A stretch of 64,000 nt of DNA from Ruminococcus sp. (GCA_017395925.1 JAFQNJ010000043.1:18486-82485); one strand, 5' to 3'; numbered from the stretch's first letter, positions 28,882 through 39,206 are shown. Notes: a model not told the origin generated them from the letters alone. Translations and numbers: made by a program.

Positions 28882-29310
28882 TTACTGAAATATCCCCATG
28901 TCCTTTATGGCGGGGAGCAGACGCATAATTCTGAGAATTTTTGATGCTTCGTCGAGCCTCTGACATTTCTGCTTTGATAAAAACGGTCTGAGTGCATTGA
29001 GAAGCACGGTGGATTCATCATCTCGGTTCAAACTCGACATCAGTGGCATAAGTTTTGCACCGATACTGAGGATGTCGGGGGAAAGCCCGTTACCGATACT
29101 GCTTGAAATAGCAGGGGGTGAGGGCTGAGATATTTGGGAAAAAGCAGAAGCGAGAGAGGATAAATCAAAGCCTCCTGAATTAGTGTTGTTTTCTTTCACA
29201 GTAGGGTTTTGTTGAGGTGCGAGCCCCAGACTCTGTGAAAGCTCCCGAATTTTTTTCATTGCATCGGGGTCAGAGAGTATCCCCGATATTGCGTTATCCA
29301 GATTATCCAT
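28882..29310 (-). CDS. Hypothetical protein (ILSDP...LLNALRPFLS...LDEA.KI), probably sporulation related
   Basis: Overlaps the upstream gene; low-complexity middle region. Confidence 0.7.
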   Translation of the reverse strand: MDNLDNAISGILSDPDAMKKIRELSQSLGLAPQQNPTVKENNTNSGGFDLSSLASAFSQISQPSPPAISSSIGNGLSPDILSIGAKLMPLMSSLNRDDESTVLLNALRPFLSKQKCQRLDEASKILRIMRLLPAIKDMGIFQ

Positions 29311-29542
29311 TGGAACTCAGTTTTCTGATAAGTGCCTGAATCTGTGGATTTTCCAGGAACTTTTTGGACTTTTCAGGATTTGTGAGAAGGTCGTTAACCT
29401 TATTTTTCTGCTCCTCGGAAAGATTGGAGAGAAGTCCCTGAATGTTCCCGCTCTGAGCGTTGTTCACTATCTGTTCGGGGCTCTGTCCCAAGTTTTTTGA
29501 AAGGTTTCTTAACATTTCGTTTGGGAAGTCTTTGTTTGACAT
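29303..29542 (-). CDS. Small hypothetical protein
   Basis: RBS gaggtg; preceded by a sporulation-sigma-like promoter. Confidence 0.65.
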   Translation of the reverse strand: MSNKDFPNEMLRNLSKNLGQSPEQIVNNAQSGNIQGLLSNLSEEQKNKVNDLLTNPEKSKKFLENPQIQALIRKLSSNG

Positions 29543-29602
29543 AGTAACACCTCGCAATACTTATATGTTTGATTTGTATATATTATGACAGGGAGTGAGA
29601 AT

Positions 29603-30073
29603 GTGCGAATATTAGTTGTGTCTGACAGCCACGGTGACATATTGGCACTGAAAAATGCCGTGCAAAGCCAGAGCACTGCCGAGGTCATTGTTCACCTTGG
29701 AGACGGTGCTGATGAGGCAGAGGAGATACGGTTCGACTTTCCTGAAAAAATGATGATATCCGTCAAGGGAAACTGCGACTTTTGCTGCGAAAAGCAAGCT
29801 GTGGAGATTTTTTCGGTGGCGGGAAAGAAGATTTTTGCCACCCACGGACATCTCTACGGAGTAAAGGGCGGAATCTACAGGGCGGTGTGCGCCGCCAGAG
29901 AAGAGGGTGCGGATATACTCCTTTTTGGTCACACCCATCAACCCCTTGAGGTATATGATGACGGACTTTATATTCTCAATCCCGGAAGTCTCAGAAATTA
30001 TATCCCCACCTACGGCTATGTTGATATTACCGACAAGGGGATTATCACTAATATCGTGGAACTCAAAAGATAA
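29603..30073 (+). CDS. YfcE/MJ0936-family metallophosphoesterase
   Basis: SDSHG, HLGD, GNCD, HGH, GHTH, NPGS. Confidence 0.92.
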   Translation: MRILVVSDSHGDILALKNAVQSQSTAEVIVHLGDGADEAEEIRFDFPEKMMISVKGNCDFCCEKQAVEIFSVAGKKIFATHGHLYGVKGGIYRAVCAAREEGADILLFGHTHQPLEVYDDGLYILNPGSLRNYIPTYGYVDITDKGIITNIVELKR

Positions 30074-30143
30074 CCTGTGCATCAACATAATTTTTACAGT
30101 AGAATTTGTTTTTGTTTTATGATACAATAATCTAAGTTCGGAG

Positions 30144-31016
30144 GTGAATAGTGTGAATTTTCACGGCATAACAATAAGCGAAGCTCTCAAAGCAGAGTTG
30201 GAGTCTATGGAAAAAAGCCGCAGAATGCCTCATGCTATCATCATTTCCGGCGGAGATGGTCAGTCGAGAGAGAGCCTTTCCCGACATCTGGCTATGTGGG
30301 CGGTTTGTGAATCTTCCCAAAAGCCCTGCGGTGAATGCCGCGCCTGCATAAAGGCTCAGAGCAAGAACCATATGGATATTTATTATGCCAAGGGCAGGGG
30401 CAAGACGGATATTATCCCTGTTGACGAGGTAAGAAATATTATCAAGGATTCGGTTATCGTACCCGGAGAAGCCCACAAGAAGGTTTATATCTTTTATGAT
30501 GCAGATAAGAGGATGGCTAAAGAGGGTTACAATGCTTTTCTGAAAACCCTTGAGGAGCCTACTCAGGATACACTTTTTATTCTGACGGCGGAATCTGCAA
30601 AAACCTTGCCCGTGACGATTATTTCCCGATGTGCGGTGCTGAATATCTCGGCTAAGGAGAGCATCCCCGAGGATACTCTCGTGCTTGCAAGGGAGATACT
30701 CAAAGGGATAATTGCCCTTCGGGAAATGGAACTTATGAAAGCCTGTGCGGCTCTCTCTTCGCGTCAGAAGGCGTTGGAGGTGCTGCCTGTCATCAGGACG
30801 GTGCTCTCGGATGCCTTGTCACTCTCGGTGGGAGCGGAGCCTCTGTGTGATGCTGAGACTGCAACACTGCTCAGGCAAAAACTTACCAAGGCAAAAATTA
30901 TCAGCCTTATTGATGTAACAAGCAATGCGATAAATAAAACCAACCGCAATGTTAATCCCACAATACTCACAACGTGGCTTTGCGGTGAATACAGGAGGAT
31001 ATCATGGCAGAAGTAG
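30144..31016 (+). CDS. holB: DNA polymerase III delta' subunit
   Basis: PCGECRAC zinc motif, NAFLKTLEEP, TIISRC; precedes yaaT. Confidence 0.85.
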   Translation: MNSVNFHGITISEALKAELESMEKSRRMPHAIIISGGDGQSRESLSRHLAMWAVCESSQKPCGECRACIKAQSKNHMDIYYAKGRGKTDIIPVDEVRNIIKDSVIVPGEAHKKVYIFYDADKRMAKEGYNAFLKTLEEPTQDTLFILTAESAKTLPVTIISRCAVLNISAKESIPEDTLVLAREILKGIIALREMELMKACAALSSRQKALEVLPVIRTVLSDALSLSVGAEPLCDAETATLLRQKLTKAKIISLIDVTSNAINKTNRNVNPTILTTWLCGEYRRISWQK

Positions 31017-31870
31017 TAGGTGTCCGCTTCAAAGAAGTGGGAAAGATATATTATTTTGACCCCGATTCCGAGAAATTCTCGGCAGGGGATATGGTAATTG
31101 TAGAAACTGCAAGAGGTGTGGAATGCGGACAGATAGCAACTCCCAACAAGGAAGTTGACGACTCCGAAATTGTGCATCCTCTCAAAAAACTCATCCGAAA
31201 AGCCACAGATGCTGACCTTAAGAAGCTGGAGAACAATAAATCTCTGGAGAAACGTGCATACGATATTTGTGCAAAGAAGATTGCCGAGCACGGACTTGAG
31301 ATGAAACTCGTCAATGTTGAATATACATTTGATGCAAGCAAGATTCTCTTCTACTTTACCGCTGACGGCAGAATTGACTTCAGAGCACTGGTAAAGGACC
31401 TTGCATCGGTATTCAAAACCCGTATTGAGCTGAGACAGATTGGTGTCCGCGATGAAGCAAAGATGCTTGGCGGTCTTGGCGTTTGCGGCAAACAGTTCTG
31501 CTGCTCAAGTTTCCTCGGAGATTTCCAGCCTGTTTCCATCAAAATGGCAAAGGAACAGGGACTTTCTCTTTCACCTGTCAAAATTTCAGGGACCTGCGGA
31601 AGACTTATGTGTTGCCTTAAATATGAGCAGGAGGCATACACTGACCTTCTGAGGAATACACCTAAATACGGAGCCATCGTAAAAACTCCCCAGGGTAAGG
31701 GTACTGTTGTTGAGGTGAATCTCCTGACAGGCGTCCTAAAGGTAAAGATGGACAATACTCCTCCCGAGGCGGCTCCCCAGACCTTCAAGGTCAAGGAAGT
31801 AAAACTCCTTAAGGATGGTTCTATCAAGGTTGATAAAAAGGAACTTGAAGAGCTTAAGAACCTTGAATAA
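31004..31870 (+). CDS. yaaT: PSP1-domain protein YaaT/RicT
   Basis: RIELRQIGVRDEAK, CG...CC, SG.CGRLMCCLKYE. Confidence 0.93.
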   Translation: MAEVVGVRFKEVGKIYYFDPDSEKFSAGDMVIVETARGVECGQIATPNKEVDDSEIVHPLKKLIRKATDADLKKLENNKSLEKRAYDICAKKIAEHGLEMKLVNVEYTFDASKILFYFTADGRIDFRALVKDLASVFKTRIELRQIGVRDEAKMLGGLGVCGKQFCCSSFLGDFQPVSIKMAKEQGLSLSPVKISGTCGRLMCCLKYEQEAYTDLLRNTPKYGAIVKTPQGKGTVVEVNLLTGVLKVKMDNTPPEAAPQTFKVKEVKLLKDGSIKVDKKELEELKNLE

Positions 31871-32027
31871 TTAAGGAAGTATAAGTTGATTTGTGCTGAA
31901 ATTTCTATGGATTTTTTAGCAGAAAAATAAAAAATTACTGGTAATTTGAGAAATATAGCTTAAAATATTGCTTTTTTCTGAAAGTGTGCTACAATATAAG
32001 ACGAAAATAATTAAGGAGGTGCCTCCC

Positions 32028-32198
32028 ATGGCATATATTATCAACGATGATTGCATTTCCTGCGGCGCTTGCGCTGACGAGTGTCCCTGTGCTGCTATCT
32101 CCGAGGGCGATGGCAAGTATGTAATCGACGCAGACATCTGTGCAGATTGCGGTGCTTGTGCTGACGTTTGCCCCGTAGATGCTCCTCAGGCTGAGTAA
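32028..32198 (+). CDS. 2[4Fe-4S] ferredoxin
   Basis: Two CxxCxxCxxxCP motifs, 56 aa. Confidence 0.95.
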   Translation: MAYIINDDCISCGACADECPCAAISEGDGKYVIDADICADCGACADVCPVDAPQAE

Positions 32199-32283
32199 TC
32201 ATTAAAAAGACACTGACTGCACCCCTGCTTTTTTAGTATGGGGTGCTGTTGTATTATATACGAGATTTTAAAGAGGTGAGATT

Positions 32284-33045
32284 ATGCTGAAAGCAGGGGA
32301 GAGACTGGAGCCTTTGGGAAATGGCGTGGAGATAATTGTGTCCCGTAAATTTGCTTTTACAACGGATACCATACTTCTTGCCGACTTTGCAAATCATCGC
32401 AAAACCGATAAGGTTGTGGATTTGTGCACGGGCTGCGGAATCATTCCGCTTCTTCTTTCCAGAGAGAATGCTCCCGCAGAGATTAAAGGTGTGGAGATTT
32501 TCCCCGAGGGTGCCGATATGATGAGCCGTTCGGTAAAGCATAATTCTCTTGAAGAAATAATAACCCCTGTTTGTGCAGACTTGAAGGAACTCAAAGGCGT
32601 GGTTCCTTTCGGATACTATTCGCTTGTAACCTGCAATCCGCCCTATAAACTTTCGGGAGGCGGAGTGAAGAGCAGAGGTGACGAGGCACTTCTGGCACGT
32701 CACGAGGAGATGTGTACTCTTGAAGATGTGATTTCAGTAGGTGCAAAACTTCTGCAATTCGGAGGCAGACTATGTATATGTCAGAGACCCGAGAGGCTCA
32801 CGGATGCTATGGAACTTATGCGAAAATATGACGTGGAGCCCAAGAGGCTGAGACTGGTGCAGGGAAAAGCCTCAAAAGCCCCCAAACTATTTTTGCTTGA
32901 GGGCAAAAGGGGCGGCAAAAACGGCGGACTTGTTGTGATGCCCACTCTTGCTGTTGAAAGGGAAGACGGCGGCTTTACGGATGAAATGAACAGTATTTAC
33001 GGATGCTATAAGGATAATGCAGGGAGTTGTCTCAATGGATTATAA
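32284..33045 (+). CDS. tRNA1(Val) adenine-37 N6-methyltransferase (YabB-like)
   Basis: DLCTGCG, NPPY, ARHE; in the yaaT-yabB-rsmI context. Confidence 0.88.
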   Translation: MLKAGERLEPLGNGVEIIVSRKFAFTTDTILLADFANHRKTDKVVDLCTGCGIIPLLLSRENAPAEIKGVEIFPEGADMMSRSVKHNSLEEIITPVCADLKELKGVVPFGYYSLVTCNPPYKLSGGGVKSRGDEALLARHEEMCTLEDVISVGAKLLQFGGRLCICQRPERLTDAMELMRKYDVEPKRLRLVQGKASKAPKLFLLEGKRGGKNGGLVVMPTLAVEREDGGFTDEMNSIYGCYKDNAGSCLNGL

Positions 33046-33862
33046 CGGAATTATTTATGTGGTAGGAACACCAATAGGCAATCTGTCGGATTTGAGTGAC
33101 AGGGCGAAGAGAGTTCTCTCTGAGGTTGATTTTATTGCCGCGGAGGATACGAGAGTTACTCTGAAACTTCTCAATCATCTGGGCATAAAAAAGCCTATGA
33201 TAAGCTACTTTGAGCATAACAAACTTCAGCGGGGTGAGGAGATTTGTGCCCGAATCCTCGGGGGAGAATCCTGTGCTATTGTTACAGATGCAGGTATGCC
33301 CTGTATCTCTGACCCGGGTGAAGAACTTATTAAGCAGTGTGCTGAAAAGGGCATTCGCACAGAGGTGGTGCCGGGTCCCTCGGCGGTAATTTCGGCACTT
33401 TGTGTTTCGGGACTTGCCACAGGAAGATTTACCTTTGAGGGCTTTTTGTCTGTGAACAAAAAGAGCAGAAAAGAGCATCTGGAGGCACTCCTGAATGAAA
33501 CAAGGACAATGATTTTCTATGAAGCTCCCCACAAGCTTGCAAACACTCTCAAGGATTTTTACGATACCTTTGGTGTGAGAAAACTCACCATTGCCAGAGA
33601 GCTTACAAAACTTCACGAGGAGATTATACGTACTGATACAGAGGAGGCACTCAGACACTACGGCGACGGAAGCCTCAAGGGCGAAATGGTGCTGGTGCTG
33701 GAGGGTGCCACCCTCAAAGAGGAAAAGGCAGTTACTCTTGAGGATGCTGTGAGTATTGCGGAAAAACTCATTGAATCAGGCACCAAGGCGTCCGAAGCCG
33801 CAAAGGAAGCTGCGGCGGTGACAGGCTTTAAAAAGAACGATATATACAGGGAACTGATATAA
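33035..33862 (+). CDS. rsmI: 16S rRNA C1402 2'-O-methyltransferase
   Basis: TPIGNL.D, AEDTR, DAGMP.ISDPG, YEAPH, RELTK.HEE. Confidence 0.95.
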   Translation: MDYNGIIYVVGTPIGNLSDLSDRAKRVLSEVDFIAAEDTRVTLKLLNHLGIKKPMISYFEHNKLQRGEEICARILGGESCAIVTDAGMPCISDPGEELIKQCAEKGIRTEVVPGPSAVISALCVSGLATGRFTFEGFLSVNKKSRKEHLEALLNETRTMIFYEAPHKLANTLKDFYDTFGVRKLTIARELTKLHEEIIRTDTEEALRHYGDGSLKGEMVLVLEGATLKEEKAVTLEDAVSIAEKLIESGTKASEAAKEAAAVTGFKKNDIYRELI

Positions 33863-35149
33863 ATGGGATACAAAGAAACACTTGAAAAAATACATTCGCT
33901 TTGCAGATTCGGCTCTCGTCCCGGACTTGAGAGAATAAATATGCTTCTTGAGATGCTGGGGAATCCTCAGGATGAACTTGAATTTGTCCATGTAGCAGGA
34001 ACCAATGGAAAAGGCTCCACCAGCCAGATGATATCATCGGTTCTGAGAAAATCAGGATATAAGACGGGTCTGTTTATTTCTCCATATATTACGGATTTTA
34101 CAGAGCGGATTCAGATTGACAACACTCCCATTGTGCAGGATAAGCTGGTGGAGGTTGCGGAGTATGTGTTCTCTTTTGTGGAAATACTCAACAAGGATGA
34201 TATTATTATTACCGAGTTCGAGTTTGTTATGGCGGTGGCATTTGAGTTTTTTAGGAGAGAAAATACAGATATCGTAGTGCTGGAGACAGGGCTTGGGGGC
34301 AGGCTTGACTGTACCAATGTTATAGAGCCTCCTGTGTGTACGGTGCTTACTAGAATCGGTCTGGACCATACGGATATTCTGGGGGATACCATTGAGAAGA
34401 TAACCGCTGAAAAGTGCGGTATTATCAAGGGCGGAAGCAGAGTGGTTTCTTCACAGCAGACCGCTCAGGCGGAGGCTGTTATCCGCCGAACTTGCACGGA
34501 GTGCCAAGTACCTCTGGTATTTGCAGACGAGAGCAAATTTGACCATATAGAGAGAACCCTTGAAGGGACAGCTTTTGAATGGAATGGATTAAAACTTAAC
34601 ATAACCCTGATCGGTGAGCATCAGCTTCAGAATGCCTCGGTGGCACTCTGTGCTTTGAATGTTCTCAAAGAGCGTGGCTTTGACAAAATCGATGAAGTAT
34701 CAATAACCGAGGGTTTTGCCGTGGCAGAGAATCCTGCCCGATTTGAGGTGATGAGCAAATCTCCCGTAGTTATCCTTGATGGCGCTCATAACGAAGACGG
34801 TATGAAGACCTTTGCAGATACAGTCCGGAAGTTTATGGGGGACAGAAAAGGTGTTCTTCTCATGGGAATGCTTAAGGACAAAGACAGCAGAAACTCGGTG
34901 AAATTAATTGAGGGTATGTTTGACTTTGTGTATACTGTGACGGTTGATAACCCCAGAACCCTTACCTCTTGTGAGCTTGCTCAGATTTGTGAGGGGCATT
35001 TCCCGAATGTTTCGCCTGTTGAGGATGTTGCTATGGCATTTGATTTGGCTCTTGTGAAGGCTTTGGAGACGGATTCTCACTTGTGCATTTGCGGCTCGCT
35101 CTATCTGGCAGGTCAGCTTCGACAGTATATAAAAGAAAAACTTTCATAA
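33863..35149 (+). CDS. folC: Folylpolyglutamate synthase/dihydrofolate synthase
   Basis: HVAGTNGKGS, ETGLGGRLD.TN, LDGAHN, GSLYLAG. Confidence 0.95.
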   Translation: MGYKETLEKIHSLCRFGSRPGLERINMLLEMLGNPQDELEFVHVAGTNGKGSTSQMISSVLRKSGYKTGLFISPYITDFTERIQIDNTPIVQDKLVEVAEYVFSFVEILNKDDIIITEFEFVMAVAFEFFRRENTDIVVLETGLGGRLDCTNVIEPPVCTVLTRIGLDHTDILGDTIEKITAEKCGIIKGGSRVVSSQQTAQAEAVIRRTCTECQVPLVFADESKFDHIERTLEGTAFEWNGLKLNITLIGEHQLQNASVALCALNVLKERGFDKIDEVSITEGFAVAENPARFEVMSKSPVVILDGAHNEDGMKTFADTVRKFMGDRKGVLLMGMLKDKDSRNSVKLIEGMFDFVYTVTVDNPRTLTSCELAQICEGHFPNVSPVEDVAMAFDLALVKALETDSHLCICGSLYLAGQLRQYIKEKLS

Positions 35150-35239
35150 CTATTTTTTGCGACAGTTGAATAAAACAAAATTTTACGTCCATACTTATTT
35201 AAAATAGGTATGGACTTATTTTTTTGAGGATGTGAAATA

Positions 35240-35542
35240 ATGCTGAAGATTCAAAGCGAAAATCAGGTAATGACTGCTGAACTTTCAGGAGAGCTTGACC
35301 ATCACCGATGCGCGGTTATCAGAAAGAAGATTGATATGCTCACCGAGCAGGAGAGACCGCGGATGCTCAGACTTGATTTCTCAGGTGTACAGTTTATGGA
35401 CAGTTCAGGCATTGGACTCGTGATGGGCAGATACAGACAGATGTCGCTTATAGGTGGAAAACTAATGGTGATAAACATTCCGCCGCATCTAAAAAATCTA
35501 TTCAGGCTTTCAGGACTTGGTGCATTGGGGGTGTTGGAATGA
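35240..35542 (+). CDS. spoIIAA: Anti-sigma F factor antagonist
   Basis: GELDHH, FMDSSGIG. Confidence 0.93.
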   Translation: MLKIQSENQVMTAELSGELDHHRCAVIRKKIDMLTEQERPRMLRLDFSGVQFMDSSGIGLVMGRYRQMSLIGGKLMVINIPPHLKNLFRLSGLGALGVLE

Positions 35543-35985
35543 CTTATACAAACGAAATGAAGCTGAGTTTCAGTGCAAAGAGTGTAAATGAGAGCTTTGC
35601 CCGTACGGCTGTGTCATCGTTTGTGTTGCCGCTTGACCCCACAATTGCGGAACTGACAGAGATTAAGACCGCAATTTCTGAGGCGGTTACAAATTGTATT
35701 GTCCACGGATATAAACACGGGGAAGGCACTATCTACATAGAAGCAAAGATTACCGAGAGTGGTAAGCTGATAGTAAAAATCAGGGACAAGGGTTACGGTA
35801 TTCCTGATATCAAGTCAGCTATGGAGCCGCTTTTTACCACTGGTGGCGAAGAACAGGCTGGACTTGGATTTACGGTTATGCAGAATTTTATGGACAAGGT
35901 TTCCGTGCGTTCAAAGCCTATGAAGGGAACTGCGGTTACAATGGAAAAGCACATAGTAAGGCACCTGAAAAATGACAGAGCGTGA
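35539..35985 (+). CDS. spoIIAB: Anti-sigma F factor
   Basis: NESFAR, SEAVTN.IVHGY, GLGFTVM. Confidence 0.95.
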   Translation: MTYTNEMKLSFSAKSVNESFARTAVSSFVLPLDPTIAELTEIKTAISEAVTNCIVHGYKHGEGTIYIEAKITESGKLIVKIRDKGYGIPDIKSAMEPLFTTGGEEQAGLGFTVMQNFMDKVSVRSKPMKGTAVTMEKHIVRHLKNDRA

Positions 35986-36628
35986 AGCACTTGTAGCTGA
36001 AAATCTGGGACTTGTGAGAGCCTCGGCGAAAAAACTCTCGTGCAAAGGGGTTGAGTACGAGGAGCTCTACTCGGCAGGTTGTGAGGGTCTTGTTAAGGCG
36101 GCAGACAGATTTGATGCATCCTTGGGGTATCGCTTTTCAACCTATGCGATGCCTGTTATTCTGGGAGAAATGAAACGTATATTCCGCGACGGGGGAACGG
36201 TAAAGGTCAGCCGAAGTCTTCGTGAATTATGGCTGAAAATATCAAGGGCTTCGGCTGAGTTTGAACTTAAAAACGGCAGAGAACCCACTGTGTCGGAGAT
36301 ATCACAAATCCTTGGGGTGGAGGCGTCGCTGGTCTCCGAGGCACTCTGTGCCTCAAGGATTCCCATGTCTTTGTCTGCGAAGGATGACGAGGAAAACAGC
36401 GAATATGATATTCCCACCGATTCCACTGAAGCGGAGGTAACGGAGAAACTCACCCTCAGAGCATTGATAGAGGAACTGCCCTTTGAGGACAAGGAATTGA
36501 TAAAACTCAGGTATTTCAAGGAGAAAACCCAGTCACAGACAGCACGGGAACTGGGGATGACTCAGGTGCAGGTGAGCAGGAGGGAAAAGAAGATACTGCT
36601 GTCTCTGCGTGAAAAAATGCTGGTATAA
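35972..36628 (+). CDS. sigF: Forespore sigma factor F
   Basis: FSTYA.P.I.GE, RD.G.VKVSR, QVQVSRREK; third gene of spoIIA. Confidence 0.9.
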   Translation: MTEREALVAENLGLVRASAKKLSCKGVEYEELYSAGCEGLVKAADRFDASLGYRFSTYAMPVILGEMKRIFRDGGTVKVSRSLRELWLKISRASAEFELKNGREPTVSEISQILGVEASLVSEALCASRIPMSLSAKDDEENSEYDIPTDSTEAEVTEKLTLRALIEELPFEDKELIKLRYFKEKTQSQTARELGMTQVQVSRREKKILLSLREKMLV

Positions 36629-36662
36629 AAAAGGTCTGCGTATACACTACGCAGACCTTTTT
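36628..36662. terminator. Bidirectional terminator
   Basis: aaaaaggtctgcgta-tacac-tacgcagaccttttt. Confidence 0.9.
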
Positions 36663-36695
36663 GTATGTGAATATTTAGATTTGCAACTATGTGTA

Positions 36696-38198
36696 TCAGA
36701 GGTCGAGACCCTGCTGGGTTTTGAGGAATGACATAATCTTCTCGCAGATGATTTCAACACCGCCGTCACAGTTGCTCTCAATGTTCAGGGGCATGATGGG
36801 GTCGTGGACAGAGAGGCGGAGCAGGAACCAGCCGTCGCCGTCGCCTTCTCTGAAGGAAACTCGGACACCTTCGCGGTTGTCGTCGGCAACACACCAGCCA
36901 TCCTTGCTCTCTGCATACTCAAGAAGTTCTGAGATAACTCTCTCGCCGCAAGCACGGAAGTCGGTCTCGGTAATCTTGATGCGGATTTCACGCTCCTCTT
37001 TTGCTTCTTTGAGGTTGCTGATAAGGTCGGAGATATCCTTGCCCTCACGGCGAAGCTGTGCGGCTTTGATAATGATTTTTGTGCAGAGATATGCTCCGTC
37101 GTCCAGGAAATAGTTTTCCTTCATAGCGGCGTGACCTGATGTTTCGATAGCCAAAGGACAGGGAATTCCCCGGGAGTTAAGCTCAATAGCCTTGTCGATA
37201 ACGTTTTTGTAGCCGCGGCGATAGCGATAATGCTTGCCGCCCAGGTCCTCTTCAATGAAAACTTTGAGACCGTCGGAGGTGATGGAGTCGGTGACAATAG
37301 TGCCACCTTCGCAGCCTTCAAGTGCGATAGCGGAGGCAAGTGCTACCAGACGGTTGCGGTTGATTTCGTTACCCTTGGAGTCAACTACGGCACCGCGGTC
37401 AACGTCAGTATCAAAGATAACACCGAGGTCAGCGCCTGAGGCAACAACTGCCTCGGAGATTGCCTTCATAGCCACGGGGCTCTCGGGGTTGGGAACATGG
37501 TTGGGGAACATTCCGTCAGGGTCAAGATAACGGCTGCCGTCGGTGTCGGCTCCAAGTACGGCCAGAACCTTGTCTGCATAGAAGCCGCCTACACCGTTGC
37601 CTGCATCTACTGCAATTTTAAATCCCTTGAGGGGATGGTCATAGTCCTCGGCGTTTACCTCACGTTTGATTTGTTCACAAAGATTGGAAGCGTACCGGGT
37701 CATATAGTCGGTGGGAGTGATAGTACCGCCCTCGGCTTTTTCGGGGAAGTCTGAGTCCTGTGCGTTCTGAAGAATTGCCTCGATATCCTTGCCCTCAAGT
37801 CCGCCGCCGCGTGTGAAGAATTTGAGACCGTTTCTGTTGAAGGGGTGGTGGCTGGCGGTAATCTGCACAGCACCGTCACAGGAAAGTTCCACGGTGGTCA
37901 TAAACATAGAGGGAGTGGATGCAAGTCCGCAGTCCAGCACCCTGATGCCGAAGGAAGCAAGTGTCTCGGTGACAAGGGCGAGGATGTGAGGACCTGAAAT
38001 ACGGCTGTCTCTGCCTACAGATACAGTAAGGTCAGATGCATTCTTTCCCACTTTCAGAGAGAGCCATTTTGCAAAGCCGCCTGCCATATTCACAATGGCT
38101 TCATCGGTCATATTAAGGGGCTCGCTCTCTACTCCGTCGGTGGCTATTCCGCGGATGTCGGTTCCGCTTTTGAATTGTTTATAAAAGTCGCAAAGCAT
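36696..38198 (-). CDS. Phosphomannomutase/phosphoglucomutase
   Basis: TDIRG, TASHHP, FDTDVDR, ETSGH. Confidence 0.92.
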   Translation of the reverse strand: MLCDFYKQFKSGTDIRGIATDGVESEPLNMTDEAIVNMAGGFAKWLSLKVGKNASDLTVSVGRDSRISGPHILALVTETLASFGIRVLDCGLASTPSMFMTTVELSCDGAVQITASHHPFNRNGLKFFTRGGGLEGKDIEAILQNAQDSDFPEKAEGGTITPTDYMTRYASNLCEQIKREVNAEDYDHPLKGFKIAVDAGNGVGGFYADKVLAVLGADTDGSRYLDPDGMFPNHVPNPESPVAMKAISEAVVASGADLGVIFDTDVDRGAVVDSKGNEINRNRLVALASAIALEGCEGGTIVTDSITSDGLKVFIEEDLGGKHYRYRRGYKNVIDKAIELNSRGIPCPLAIETSGHAAMKENYFLDDGAYLCTKIIIKAAQLRREGKDISDLISNLKEAKEEREIRIKITETDFRACGERVISELLEYAESKDGWCVADDNREGVRVSFREGDGDGWFLLRLSVHDPIMPLNIESNCDGGVEIICEKIMSFLKTQQGLDL

Positions 38199-38601
38199 GA
38201 TTATTCCTCCAATTTTGTACTATGAAACCATTATACAACATAATTAAAATAAGCACAACCTTTCACTTTTGGCAAAAACATAAAAATCAGGGTGGAGAGG
38301 GAATGAAAAAAAGTACACTTTGACGAGATGGGGAAGGGGAGAGAATTTCTGAATTTAAAAACGCTTATTAAAAACACACAAAAAATCCAACTTGTGGTAG
38401 TGCATAATTGTTTGTGAGGTGTGAATATGCACAAACAAAAAGAGATTTAGTTGTTGACATTTACGAAAAAATGAATATAATAAAGATGTCAGGTAAAGTC
38501 CACCTGATAATCAGAGCAACACACAATCTTAAATGCTCTGGATTATACGAAATGCCAAATGGTAAATGGCAGCACGAAAAACTATATAAGGAGGAAGATG
38601 T

Positions 38602-38871
38602 ATGACTTCTAAAACCGTCATCAGTCTGCATAACATTGATGTAGATAAGTTCCTCGACGTGCTTGACACTTGCAAGGGCAATGTATATCTTGTAACCCGT
38701 GAGGGAGATCACCTCAACTTAAAAAGCAAGCTTTGTCAGCTCGTCGGCTTAACTAAGCTTATCGAAGGCGGAAAAATCGCTGAGGCTTTCATTCTCTGTG
38801 ACAACAAGGATGATGAGACCAAGCTCTTCAGATTCGATTTGTTTGGTGAGACGGAAACAAAGACTGCGTAA
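38602..38871 (+). CDS. Small HPr-like protein
   Basis: 89 aa; G.VYL...GD.LNLKS resembles the HPr Ser46 region; strong RBS aaggagg. Confidence 0.6.
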   Translation: MTSKTVISLHNIDVDKFLDVLDTCKGNVYLVTREGDHLNLKSKLCQLVGLTKLIEGGKIAEAFILCDNKDDETKLFRFDLFGETETKTA

Positions 38872-39007
38872 AAGCATCTAAAACTACGTTCAACGTTTAT
38901 GTAAATTTCAAAAAATCCTAATACAGAAGTGCCGCTGAGTTTTCAGCGGCGCTTTTGTTTTGCTTGCAAAGTGTATGGCGTTGATGTATAATACGGTTTG
39001 TAGTATG

Positions 39008-39206
39008 CGTCGTACCTTGATTTTTCAGGGCTCCGTGCCTCGGCGCTTCTTATTGTCACGCAACTGCTGCTTCGCATCTCCCTCAAAATCCACCAACTCC
39101 TCTGATTTGCCTATACGGATTTTTGAAGTGTCAAATCCGTATTCTTCGGCAAATCCGAAGTCGCCAGGGATTTTTCGGGGCTACGCCGCATTTGCGCTTC
39201 TTGTCA
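39008..39206 (+). repeat. Modular ~150-bp intergenic repeat, array 1 (two units)
   Basis: 39016-39061 is identical over 46 bp to 40341-40386; 39168-39206 matches 40194-40232 at 38/39. Confidence 0.9.

Noticed and set aside
32015-32026. GGAGG-TG-CCTCC hairpin over the ferredoxin RBS
   Set aside because: Only a 4-bp stem is sterically possible; too weak to call regulatory.
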